This document shows positions 1 to 7,951 of a stretch of DNA of 64,000 nucleotides, in pieces. A program made the translations under genes and the position numbers. The stretch's first letter is position 1. Each line of letters starts with the position of its first letter. Source of the DNA: Bdellovibrionales bacterium (GTDB lineage Bacteria > Bdellovibrionota > Bdellovibrionia > Bdellovibrionales > UBA1609). The stretch covers positions 27,031-91,030 of the forward strand of contig JBGSNU010000035.1 in assembly GCA_041739415.1 (NCBI GenBank), written 5' to 3'. Under the pieces are notes generated by a model that did no database searches, had not been told where the DNA came from, and saw only the letters and a program-made list of their open reading frames with translations.

Positions 1-218
1 CTGTTACTGGCCTGCAGCTGGCCCTGGTGAACATAGCTCCCCATACAACTATTAATGGCTTTCAGGTAGGTGTTTACAACCGTGCGTTGGCTGTTCGGGG
101 ATTTCAGATAGGGCTGGTTAATATCACCGAGACCCTAAGCGGCGTGCAAATTGGCTTGATTAATTTTCACCGCAAGGGCGTGTTTCCAGTCTCGCCTCTA
201 TTGAACATCGGGTTCTAA
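1..218 (+). CDS. C-terminal end of a tandem-repeat protein (G-x-Q-x-G-x-x-N units), 5' truncated by the window edge
   Basis: Frame 3 is open from nt 3 to the stop at 216-218, so the 63-aa track ORF (GTG at 27) is only the tail of a longer protein. Translation VTGLQLALVN..GFQVGVYN..GFQIGLVN..GVQIGLIN shows four units of G-[LFV]-Q-[LVI]-[AG]-[LV]-x-N with a 14-16 aa period. This resembles the LA_2272-type surface repeat family as I recall it. Confidence 0.5.
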   Translation, partial: VTGLQLALVNIAPHTTINGFQVGVYNRALAVRGFQIGLVNITETLSGVQIGLINFHRKGVFPVSPLLNIGF

Positions 219-229
219 GAATTGCCGCC

Positions 230-958
230 CTAGATGGAAATGGGCGCCTGTATCATAACTTTCAATTTATTCAGATTTTTGCGTAGGGCATGGCGCTGGT
301 TTGAAGAAAGATCAATAAACTCAATACCTAAACCCGCTGGATAGTTCCCTCGAGCTTCAGTTCTGCGCACCACGCGCGCTTTTGTTCGGACCTGTGAAAC
401 GGCATCAAAGGTTATTTTTAAGTTGATCCAGTCGCCGACGCTTAGACCTGGTTGCCCGGCAATGAACAACCCAGACTCAGAGACGTCAAAGGTTTCTGAG
501 CGCAGTGTCGCAAGTCGAATCCCGTCCATAGTCAAAGGCACATGCACCCGGTGTCGTTCCGCTCGGCGCCACCAGCGTCGATCGGGATGCCGCAGAATCC
601 ATTTCACCCGTTGGTCCAATAGCGGCAGGGTCGTGGCGGCAAAAACCAGGGTTGCGCCTGTCGTTGTGAGGAGTGAAAAATCTGTGGCAAAGTGGCCGAC
701 AAAGTAGTTGTTGGCCGCAGTGAGCACAATCAATGCGGGCACGGATATACGAAGCCAGGGCGATACCTGCCATAGCAATATGGCATTGGCGATCAGGCCG
801 CCAAATACCAAAAGATTTAGCCAAGTGAGTTTGTGCAAGATCGCCATAACTTCAAGTGGACTATGCCCATAAAGGTGCATGACTTGAACAGGCATAGAGA
901 GAGCGAGTGCCCAAAACCAAATGGCCATGAAGGTGATGGATCGCAGTCGCTTTGCCAT
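230..958 (-). CDS. Polytopic membrane protein with C-terminal PilZ (c-di-GMP-binding) domain
   Basis: 242 aa. The N-terminal ~120 aa are hydrophobic helices. The C-terminal part carries both PilZ signature motifs, RRAERHR (RxxxR) and DVSESG (DxSxxG), about 20 aa apart. Its ATG directly abuts the upstream gene's stop (TAAATG on the minus strand at 956-961). Confidence 0.8.
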   Translation of the reverse strand: MAKRLRSITFMAIWFWALALSMPVQVMHLYGHSPLEVMAILHKLTWLNLLVFGGLIANAILLWQVSPWLRISVPALIVLTAANNYFVGHFATDFSLLTTTGATLVFAATTLPLLDQRVKWILRHPDRRWWRRAERHRVHVPLTMDGIRLATLRSETFDVSESGLFIAGQPGLSVGDWINLKITFDAVSQVRTKARVVRRTEARGNYPAGLGIEFIDLSSNQRHALRKNLNKLKVMIQAPISI

Positions 959-2053
959 TTATTCCGCCTCGCCTTCGAAATGATCACAGTAGCTAATCAC
1001 TTGGTGCACGTACTTAGAGGCCTGGGTGAGAACATTATCCTTTAAGTAGTCGGCTCCCCGTCGCTCCAGCGCCTCCGCCACGCGTGCCGCTCCTGAGTTG
1101 TAGCTGGCCAAGATCACCTCACTAAATGAAGCTTCGGAGGGGCCAAGTCGACTCTCAATCAAACTTTGTTTATCTGGTCGTCGCCAGTATTGATTGAGAT
1201 ATTGAATGTAGGCGACGCCACCTTGAATACTTAGAGTTGGGTCCAGCCGCCATTCGTTTCCAGAGTGAATTTGCCCACCTAGCACTGCCATTTTTAAGAT
1301 GGGGAATGGCAAAGTGCTTGCGCCAGGATACCGAGGCCAATCTGAATATTGTTTAGAGATCTCTTGGTCGCCTAACGGTGTAACCTGGGTTAGTCCAAGC
1401 GCGCGGCTTGAGCTAACGGCAAGAGAGTTAAATCCAGACTCTTGTGCCACAATCGCGGCAATAAAAAATGGGTTGAGATTTTGTTCCATTGAGCTTTGAT
1501 TGATTTGCTGAATGACTTCAAAAGCAGGTCGAAAATCCGGAACACGAGAGATTAGACCCCGAGTATAGAAGGCCGAGCAGAGTGGTGGATGGTATTGTGC
1601 GGCGACCGAGGGTGCCTCGCTGTCACGTTTGTACGAGGCTTTGATGAGGTGATCTCGACTAGCGGGCAGACGCATATCCTTGGTCGTCCATTTGACCTCG
1701 CGTCTAAACGGATCAGAAGAAATTTCATAGGCCTGACTGAGAAAGCTAGCCGTCACATCTAGGCCGTTGTAGGTCAAAACAATGTTGGCGTCGTCTGGCA
1801 CCCCCATGGGATCCTCGACAATCAGATGAAAGCGGCTTGGCTTGTGCAGCACCTGGCGGTGAGGGCTGAAGCGAACCCGAATGTGTCGGTCGCTGTAGGC
1901 CGCAACGGTTCGCTTAATGCTTTTTTGTCCATCTTTATTAGCGAAGAGAGAAATGCTTCCAAATGGCGACATGGGACCGACGCAGCCCGAAGTGGTCAGG
2001 AGTATCAAGGTGAGAAAAAGTGGTTGAATGGCCCTCGACGTTCGACTAGTCAT
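959..2053 (-). CDS. Lipoprotein with C-terminal SLT-type lytic murein transglycosylase domain
   Basis: SLT motifs are present: AQESGFN (catalytic E-S), ALGLTQV (GLMQ-like) and ASYNSGAARV (AYNxG). The start is placed at ATG 2053 because MTSRTSRAIQPLFLTLILLTTSGC is a lipoprotein signal peptide with a lipobox. The track ORF extends to a GTG at 2206 (GTGA overlap with the upstream gene), which is the alternative start. Confidence 0.8.
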   Translation of the reverse strand: MTSRTSRAIQPLFLTLILLTTSGCVGPMSPFGSISLFANKDGQKSIKRTVAAYSDRHIRVRFSPHRQVLHKPSRFHLIVEDPMGVPDDANIVLTYNGLDVTASFLSQAYEISSDPFRREVKWTTKDMRLPASRDHLIKASYKRDSEAPSVAAQYHPPLCSAFYTRGLISRVPDFRPAFEVIQQINQSSMEQNLNPFFIAAIVAQESGFNSLAVSSSRALGLTQVTPLGDQEISKQYSDWPRYPGASTLPFPILKMAVLGGQIHSGNEWRLDPTLSIQGGVAYIQYLNQYWRRPDKQSLIESRLGPSEASFSEVILASYNSGAARVAEALERRGADYLKDNVLTQASKYVHQVISYCDHFEGEAE

Positions 2054-2202
2054 GCAGGCTCTATCGGCAGAAATGTCGAACCGTTTACGAGATTCGGCAT
2101 CGATCTCACTAAACAGATTTAAATGGATTGTCTCAATTGCTGAATCGAGACTGATTTGAAACGTATCGCGATTTTCTGTTGCATGTGAGATGCAAAAATA
2201 TT

Positions 2203-2466
2203 TCACTCGGTTTCTTCAACGGGCAACACACATTTGCCGTTCATCAACCTCGCCTTTTTTGGGCATTTGATGTCTGGCTGAGCTCGGCGTGCGATGACAT
2301 CCGAGGGCGCGTTTTCGGTCGGGGGCTCAGTGGCGACAGATTCGGTTTGTTCCGAATTTTTGGGCTCAGGCACAGGTGAAAGTGAAGGTGAGGAGCAGCC
2401 GGTGATGAATGTGAAAGTTAAAATGAGCGTCAAAATAGATATTGGGTGGAGCAAGGTGGTTTTCAA
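2203..2466 (-). CDS. Small lipoprotein, function unknown
   Basis: 87 aa. Signal peptide plus lipobox MKTTLLHPISILTLILTFTFITGC. TTG start with AAGGA 8 nt upstream. Pro/Ser/Glu-rich linker followed by a short Cys-containing C-terminus. Confidence 0.5.
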   Translation of the reverse strand: MKTTLLHPISILTLILTFTFITGCSSPSLSPVPEPKNSEQTESVATEPPTENAPSDVIARRAQPDIKCPKKARLMNGKCVLPVEETE

Positions 2467-2509
2467 AATTGAGTCCTTTCTGATGCGGTGATTTTATGCG
2501 AATTTAAAT

Positions 2510-3433
2510 TTAGTCTATGTTTGATGCCGGGGAGCGCTGTGAGTTTACAGGTCGACTTGCGCGGGGAAGAGTCTGTGAAAAGCGCTCCACTTCCGAACGG
2601 CCATGCTTGGATTCCAACGCTCGCAAGCCAAAGTGATAGCGGGCGGCCTGACTAAAGTAGTTGGTGAAAGTCGCATTGATCACACCCCCTCCGATGGCGC
2701 CAAGCACGGGCACCGCCTCGACCAGCATCTTTTCACTCACAACCACATTGAAGCGGGCCGCAATACGCGACAGGAGCTTTGTGACAATGGGCGCCACATT
2801 TTTTTGCAGTTCCATCGTCAGCTGACGCTGAGTTTTTTGGGCCAGGTAAGCCGCTGCGTCTCGAGTGAGTTTTGCAAATGCAGTTCTCGATGTCCAATAG
2901 GCGGAGCCGAGAGCATCATCGCTTTTGCTCGCGGGTGAGCCTAAACTCAATATGTATAGACACTCAAGTTGAGTCTGTGGATCGTTGAGGTCCATGCCCG
3001 ACTCATGTGCAATTTGCGCAATTGATCTCAAAATAATGGCGGTGGTGATTGGCAGCTCAACCGGCAATGACAGCATACCAAAAAATCCACCAGCCGCACC
3101 CACGCCAAACGAGGCGGCTGTGTGCCATCGCCCAATGGTCTGCGACGTGTCGCCCTTGGCTCGCCTCAAAGGGATTGTTCGCGTGACCTCTTGTAGGCCT
3201 CGGCGAAGTGCCGCCTCAGTTGCCGATTGAATTTTACGTTGGTGCCGCACCGGCAGTTTGCGAACGGCGAGCTCAACTGGCCGACCGACGCTGTTGGCAA
3301 GGCGAATCAAAAGGCTGGGGTGCTCCAAAAACTGCATGGCTTGGCGAATGAACGCCTCTTCCTCTTGCTGCAACTTCATAGATGTTTTATTACCGCGAGC
3401 CGTGTCGGTCCAACAACAACTTTTATCGTTCAT
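2510..3433 (-). CDS. EcsC family protein
   Basis: 307 aa. Family-like segments: LIRLANSVGRPVE..KLP, GAAGGFFGMLSLPVELPITTAIILRSIAQIA, VPVLGAIGGGVINATFTNYF..ARYHFGLRALE. The start is uncertain (ATG 3433 or ATG 3379; neither has a clear SD). Confidence 0.6.
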   Translation of the reverse strand: MNDKSCCWTDTARGNKTSMKLQQEEEAFIRQAMQFLEHPSLLIRLANSVGRPVELAVRKLPVRHQRKIQSATEAALRRGLQEVTRTIPLRRAKGDTSQTIGRWHTAASFGVGAAGGFFGMLSLPVELPITTAIILRSIAQIAHESGMDLNDPQTQLECLYILSLGSPASKSDDALGSAYWTSRTAFAKLTRDAAAYLAQKTQRQLTMELQKNVAPIVTKLLSRIAARFNVVVSEKMLVEAVPVLGAIGGGVINATFTNYFSQAARYHFGLRALESKHGRSEVERFSQTLPRASRPVNSQRSPASNID

Positions 3434-3677
3434 ATAAATAGGGATCGGTGCCGCAACTCAAGTGCTTGAATCTTGAAATGACTCAACTCTCTGCAAGTGC
3501 ATGAAACAAATCACAATCCAAAATCGGGATGCAAAATATAAATAACTTGTATTCACCCCAAGACCATTGGCTGGTTGTGTCTCATTTTGATACATGAGCT
3601 GACTTTACCTCGACGGAGGGGCGGCTTTTTGCGAATGCCGGGCGCAATCCGCTTCACCTTCGGCTATTCTGTTACCT

Positions 3678-4712
3678 ATGACACGGGCGGTTTTCATTCG
3701 AAACGCACTCCTAGTTTTTGGAGCGCTGATATTCTCTTCAGGATTGAACGCCCGCACAGAAACCGCGTTTGGTTCAAGCAGCCCAGCTTCGCAGAGCGCC
3801 TATATGAATGCCGCGCAAGAGTGTGGTGAAACGATGCAACGTCGCACTCTCAACGAAACAACAGGAACAATGACCTACTGTGCTCGGGCTGTCAGGCGAA
3901 TGGTCGGCTGCTTCGCCTCAAGAATGGGTGTGCAGGATTGCAATGCCTATACGGCAAATTGTGGAGATGAAGGTAAGGACTACGTTGACTGTACGAATGG
4001 TGCATTGACGAAATGTGGATACAGAAAGGTGGATGGTGACTCGAATCTTTGCGCTGTGCCTGGAGCCATTCAGGCCTACCGGCAAACTTATACCAAAAAC
4101 GGAATAAAACACGGGCACGTGCAGTTTGGCTGCGGCACTCTTGCTGCGCCTCGATACTGCTCAGTCTATGACGGGCTGCTGACCACAATGTGGCCAGGGG
4201 ATCGCCTTCCCAGTTCCTGTTGGATTCCGACTTTCGCACCTGTGGACTTGGACTTTTATGCAGGAACAGCCACGCCGCGAGCGAGCGGGCGATCGCAAGT
4301 GGCATCGCCCTCTGTGCAGGAGCTTTTTCAAAGCGCAGCGGGGAGCAACCTCGATTTAGTAGGCTCGCAAAACGAAGAGCCCGATGTGAAGCAAGCGGCG
4401 ATTGAAGCAGCGATGCAAATTGCGATCGCTAAAATCGGTGCAGCGAACTCCAAACAAAGTCCCAGAGAGCGTGGGCAAGCTCGAGTTGTCGGCGTTAGGC
4501 GTCTTGGTGAGGCGAATGATGGTGCTGGCCTTTCCGCTGCGACTTTGGCTACGGGCAACCTCGGCACGGCGCCTATCGACGCACCGGCACCGGCAGTACG
4601 TAAGCCTGCGGCAAAATCTAAACGCAAGACTAAACCGAAAGCGCCACCTTCAGCGAAGCCCAGTGCAACACCTGCTGTTGCGCCGGCGGCTTTACCCAAA
4701 CCAAAGGAATGA
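3678..4712 (+). CDS. Exported Cys-rich protein with candidate Cys/His hydrolase motifs and an A/P/K-rich tail
   Basis: 344 aa. Signal peptide MTRAVFIRNALLVFGALIFSSGLNA. There are 11 Cys in the first ~180 aa. Motifs TYCARAVRRM (Cys68) and KHGHVQF (His145/147) are present. The C-terminal ~150 aa are low complexity (PAPAVRKPAAKSKRKTKPKAPPSAKP). Confidence 0.6.
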   Translation: MTRAVFIRNALLVFGALIFSSGLNARTETAFGSSSPASQSAYMNAAQECGETMQRRTLNETTGTMTYCARAVRRMVGCFASRMGVQDCNAYTANCGDEGKDYVDCTNGALTKCGYRKVDGDSNLCAVPGAIQAYRQTYTKNGIKHGHVQFGCGTLAAPRYCSVYDGLLTTMWPGDRLPSSCWIPTFAPVDLDFYAGTATPRASGRSQVASPSVQELFQSAAGSNLDLVGSQNEEPDVKQAAIEAAMQIAIAKIGAANSKQSPRERGQARVVGVRRLGEANDGAGLSAATLATGNLGTAPIDAPAPAVRKPAAKSKRKTKPKAPPSAKPSATPAVAPAALPKPKE

Positions 4713-4718
4713 TCAGGC

Positions 4719-5249
4719 ATGCGAAAATCTCATTTTAAAAAGTGTGTGTGGATTTTTTCAGCGCTCCTCATCTTTCAGGGGGCGCCAGGTTTGGCGGCAG
4801 AGACTAAGAAAAAATCAGGTGCTGAAAATCGTCTCCCGGCGGATTACAAAAAACTCAATTCAGACTGTGAGATTTGCCCGCAGTTGGATCAGCTCCGGCA
4901 GGAGTACAGCTTGGCCGAGACACCAGAAAAACGTCTCGACCGGGCCTTTGCTATTGGCAAGCATATCCGAACTTTGGCAGAGCAAAAGACGCAGCCTAAA
5001 GCCATTCACACGGCCATTCATTATTCAATCGACGCCTGCCTAGAAATTTTGCCAACTGACTTTGACCGCACGTGCATTTTCAGCTTGATCGAGGTTCGTA
5101 AAAAGTACCAATCTGCCTTTGATCCCGTGCTATGGCGATTTTCTAAAACTGCGCAAGAGCAGATCGTTGGCATCATTCGCGACATCATCAAAAACGGTCT
5201 GGCCCCCGGAGTTCAGGCGCCGGTCATTCGCGTTGTAAATGCCGACTGA
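4719..5249 (+). CDS. Exported hypothetical protein (predicted helical), tightly linked to the preceding gene
   Basis: 176 aa. Signal peptide MRKSHFKKCVWIFSALLIFQGAPGLAA. The ATG lies 7 nt after the upstream stop. No recognisable catalytic motif. Confidence 0.55.
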   Translation: MRKSHFKKCVWIFSALLIFQGAPGLAAETKKKSGAENRLPADYKKLNSDCEICPQLDQLRQEYSLAETPEKRLDRAFAIGKHIRTLAEQKTQPKAIHTAIHYSIDACLEILPTDFDRTCIFSLIEVRKKYQSAFDPVLWRFSKTAQEQIVGIIRDIIKNGLAPGVQAPVIRVVNAD

Positions 5250-5281
5250 GCCGCAGACTTCCATGGCTCTTAGCAAACATT

Positions 5282-6076
5282 CTAAAAATTCAGACCGATT
5301 CCACCTTGAATAATGGTGGTCGTGCTGGCCGCAAGCGTGAGCTCGTTGTCCGCGTCTGTGCCACCAGTGGCTTTGTCTGAGGCTTCAATGGTCCACTTGT
5401 GATAGGAAACAAAGACTGTTGTGGCCATGCCGAGCGCATTCGGCATGATGATCCCCAGTTCAACACCCAGCCCACCACCTTTGCGCTGTTTGAAGTCAAT
5501 ATCTTGACGAGCGCTGTCTAAGTCGGACAAGTGCACTTTGCTCGTGCCCCCACGCCAAATGTCGTATTCACCTTTTATATACACACTTCTTGTATGCAAG
5601 GTGACCAGCACTGGAATGTAGTTGTAAGTCGTGCGCTGGCGATAAGCTGTCTCGAGATCGTTGTACCAATAGCGTTGTCCAACTCCACCAGATACAATCA
5701 ACGGTCCGTAAAACAAATGGGCAAGACCCCTAAGGTCACTCACTTGATTGTTTGCAATGCCATACACCTCATCGCCTGTGAGGCTGGTGCCTTTGAAGTG
5801 CATCTGATCATCTTGATATTGACCGCCCGCACTGATCGCCAGATTTCCAAGTAAACCCAGTCCGAGTTCGCCTTGAACGCCCGGCAGTGTGCCCTTTTGC
5901 TCTGCCTTGACCTCTTTGTAGGTGAAGTTCGAATAGGTGTAAGCGGCCTTCAGCCACAGCCCAGGTGCCCCGCTTCGCCTTTGCGCCATTGCGACTTGGG
6001 GTAAAGCTATGACCAAAAACAGGCCGACCAAAGTGAGCACTTGAAAGTGAAAAACCGGGCGATTGTGAGACAACAT
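5282..6076 (-). CDS. Outer-membrane beta-barrel protein (porin-like), function unknown
   Basis: Alternating hydrophobic pattern, abundant G/Y/T, C-terminal GGIGLNF ending in Phe. The start is moved to ATG 6076 (GGAG 7-8 nt upstream), giving signal peptide MLSHNRPVFHFQVLTLVGLFLVIALPQVAMA. The track start is 6121. Confidence 0.6.
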   Translation of the reverse strand: MLSHNRPVFHFQVLTLVGLFLVIALPQVAMAQRRSGAPGLWLKAAYTYSNFTYKEVKAEQKGTLPGVQGELGLGLLGNLAISAGGQYQDDQMHFKGTSLTGDEVYGIANNQVSDLRGLAHLFYGPLIVSGGVGQRYWYNDLETAYRQRTTYNYIPVLVTLHTRSVYIKGEYDIWRGGTSKVHLSDLDSARQDIDFKQRKGGGLGVELGIIMPNALGMATTVFVSYHKWTIEASDKATGGTDADNELTLAASTTTIIQGGIGLNF

Positions 6077-6139
6077 TCGGGGGGCTCCTTTCATGCTATG
6101 CAGATCTATGCCAACAAACATTCCGAGATCGGAGTCCGT

Positions 6140-7951
6140 CTATTTATTTAAGATCAGATCGGTTGAAGATTCAACGTGAGATCCATGTGAGGTCGCGGCT
6201 TGATAGAGGTCATAGTAACGTCCTTTGAGCTCCAGCAGCTCGTGGTGCCGGCCTCGCTCAATGATTTCACCCTTTTCGAGCAACAAGATCAGGTCACAGT
6301 GAAGAATGGTCGAGAGGCGATGCGCGATAATCACACTGGTTCGACCCTTGGTGATAGCATCTGTAGCCAGCTGAATCTTCCGCTCACTGACCGAGTCGAT
6401 ATTGGCCGTGGCTTCGTCCAGAATCAAGATGTCTGGATCAAATGCGAGCACTCGAGCAAAGGCGAGAAGTTGGCGTTCGCCCGCACTGAGATTGGCGCCG
6501 CGTTCGAACACTCGACCATCAAGGCCGCCGTGGCGGCGAATAACGTCCTCGCATTGAGCTTGTTGGAGGGCCCAGCTCGCACGCGCACGGGTGATTTTTG
6601 GATCATTGAGAGAAATATTGGAGAAAAATGTGCCAGAGAACACAAATCCATCTTGTTGCACAACCCCGACTCGGGGGCGTAGAGCTTGTGGTGCCAGCTC
6701 TCGAATCGAGAGACCATCGATTAGAATTTCGCCTTCAAAATTTTCATAAAGTTTCTGCATCAGTGAAATGATAGATGTTTTGCCACTGCCCGTGCGACCC
6801 ACCAGAGCCACAGACATTCCGGGTTCGATTTTGACGTTGATGCCGCGCAGAGCATAGGGTGAAGTCGCGGCATAGCGAAAGTGTAAGTTGCGAATATCAA
6901 TCGCGCCAGCCAATCGAGGTGTGGTGAAGTCGCGCCCTTCACGATTCTCTTGCGGCTCCTCAAGAACTTCAAACACCCGATCGGCGCTGGCTAAACTGTT
7001 TTGCAACTGATTGTAACGCTCTAGAATGGTTTTGATGGGTTTAAAGAATCCCTGCAGCAGGAGAATATAAGCCCCAAGTTCGCCGAGCGACAGGCCATGG
7101 TTCAAATTCAAATAGGCCCCTAGCATTAGAGCGACGGCAATTGTAAAGACATTAAAGGCTTCAATCACCGGCCAGAGAGTGGCAAAGAGCTTCACCGTGG
7201 AGAGTTGTAGGTTGCGGTACTCAAGCGACGATTCATTGAAAAATTGGCGCGACTCTGCCGTTCGGTCAAACGCTTGCAGCACTTTGATGCCACCCATTGA
7301 CTCTGCCGTAAAGGCGTTGATCATAGCTAGTTTTCGTTTAGCTGCGCCGAACTGAAAACGAATTTTTTGACTCAGTCGCATACAGATCCAGGAGAGTGGC
7401 GGCAAAATTAGGAGTGTGACGCCGGTCATAAGCGGCGACAGATAAGCAAGTGATGCGAAGATCGACACCATCTCTACAACGTTGATAAAGATGGCAGAAA
7501 AACCCTGGCTAAAGAGTTCACCAAGTGCAAAGACATCGTTGGTCACCCGCGTGACGGTTCGACCGGCTGGATTTTTTTCAAAGTAGGTGACGGGTAGGCG
7601 TTGCACATGCGCCATGAGCTTCTCACGTATTTCGTAGAGCACAGTGTTGCCCAAGCGCTGAATGTGGCGATTCTGCAGAAAGGACAACAGGGCCCGTGTG
7701 GTTTCTAGAATGAGGTAGCTTGCTGCGACGAAGTAGATCACAGTTAAGTTCTGCGCTTTTAAACCGGCGTCGATGGCGTAGCCAAATAAAAACGGCAAAG
7801 TCCGACCAACGCAGACAAACACGCCGATCAGCAAGAGCGCGGTCCAAACAGCCCGTTTGTGTTGCCATATAAATGGCCAGAGTTTACGAAACAGTCGGCC
7901 AAAGGTGAGCTCTTTGGCGACGGTGTCTTCAGTAAAAAAGTGATGACTCAA
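6140..7951 (-). CDS. ABC exporter half-transporter (TMD-NBD), consensus Walker B / deviant signature partner
   Basis: 603 aa. Six-helix TMD followed by an NBD: Walker A GRTGSGKTS, signature LSAGERQ (deviant), Walker B ILILDEAT (catalytic Glu present), H-loop IIAHRLST. The TTG start overlaps the upstream stop (TTGA). Confidence 0.9.
   Translation of the reverse strand: MSHHFFTEDTVAKELTFGRLFRKLWPFIWQHKRAVWTALLLIGVFVCVGRTLPFLFGYAIDAGLKAQNLTVIYFVAASYLILETTRALLSFLQNRHIQRLGNTVLYEIREKLMAHVQRLPVTYFEKNPAGRTVTRVTNDVFALGELFSQGFSAIFINVVEMVSIFASLAYLSPLMTGVTLLILPPLSWICMRLSQKIRFQFGAAKRKLAMINAFTAESMGGIKVLQAFDRTAESRQFFNESSLEYRNLQLSTVKLFATLWPVIEAFNVFTIAVALMLGAYLNLNHGLSLGELGAYILLLQGFFKPIKTILERYNQLQNSLASADRVFEVLEEPQENREGRDFTTPRLAGAIDIRNLHFRYAATSPYALRGINVKIEPGMSVALVGRTGSGKTSIISLMQKLYENFEGEILIDGLSIRELAPQALRPRVGVVQQDGFVFSGTFFSNISLNDPKITRARASWALQQAQCEDVIRRHGGLDGRVFERGANLSAGERQLLAFARVLAFDPDILILDEATANIDSVSERKIQLATDAITKGRTSVIIAHRLSTILHCDLILLLEKGEIIERGRHHELLELKGRYYDLYQAATSHGSHVESSTDLILNK

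Noticed and set aside
4402-5043. 213-aa plus-strand ORF in an alternative frame across genes 3678-4712 and 4719-5249
   Set aside because: The Arg/Leu/Ser-rich, low-information composition is typical of an out-of-frame read of real genes. The two in-frame genes have signal peptides and proper spacing.
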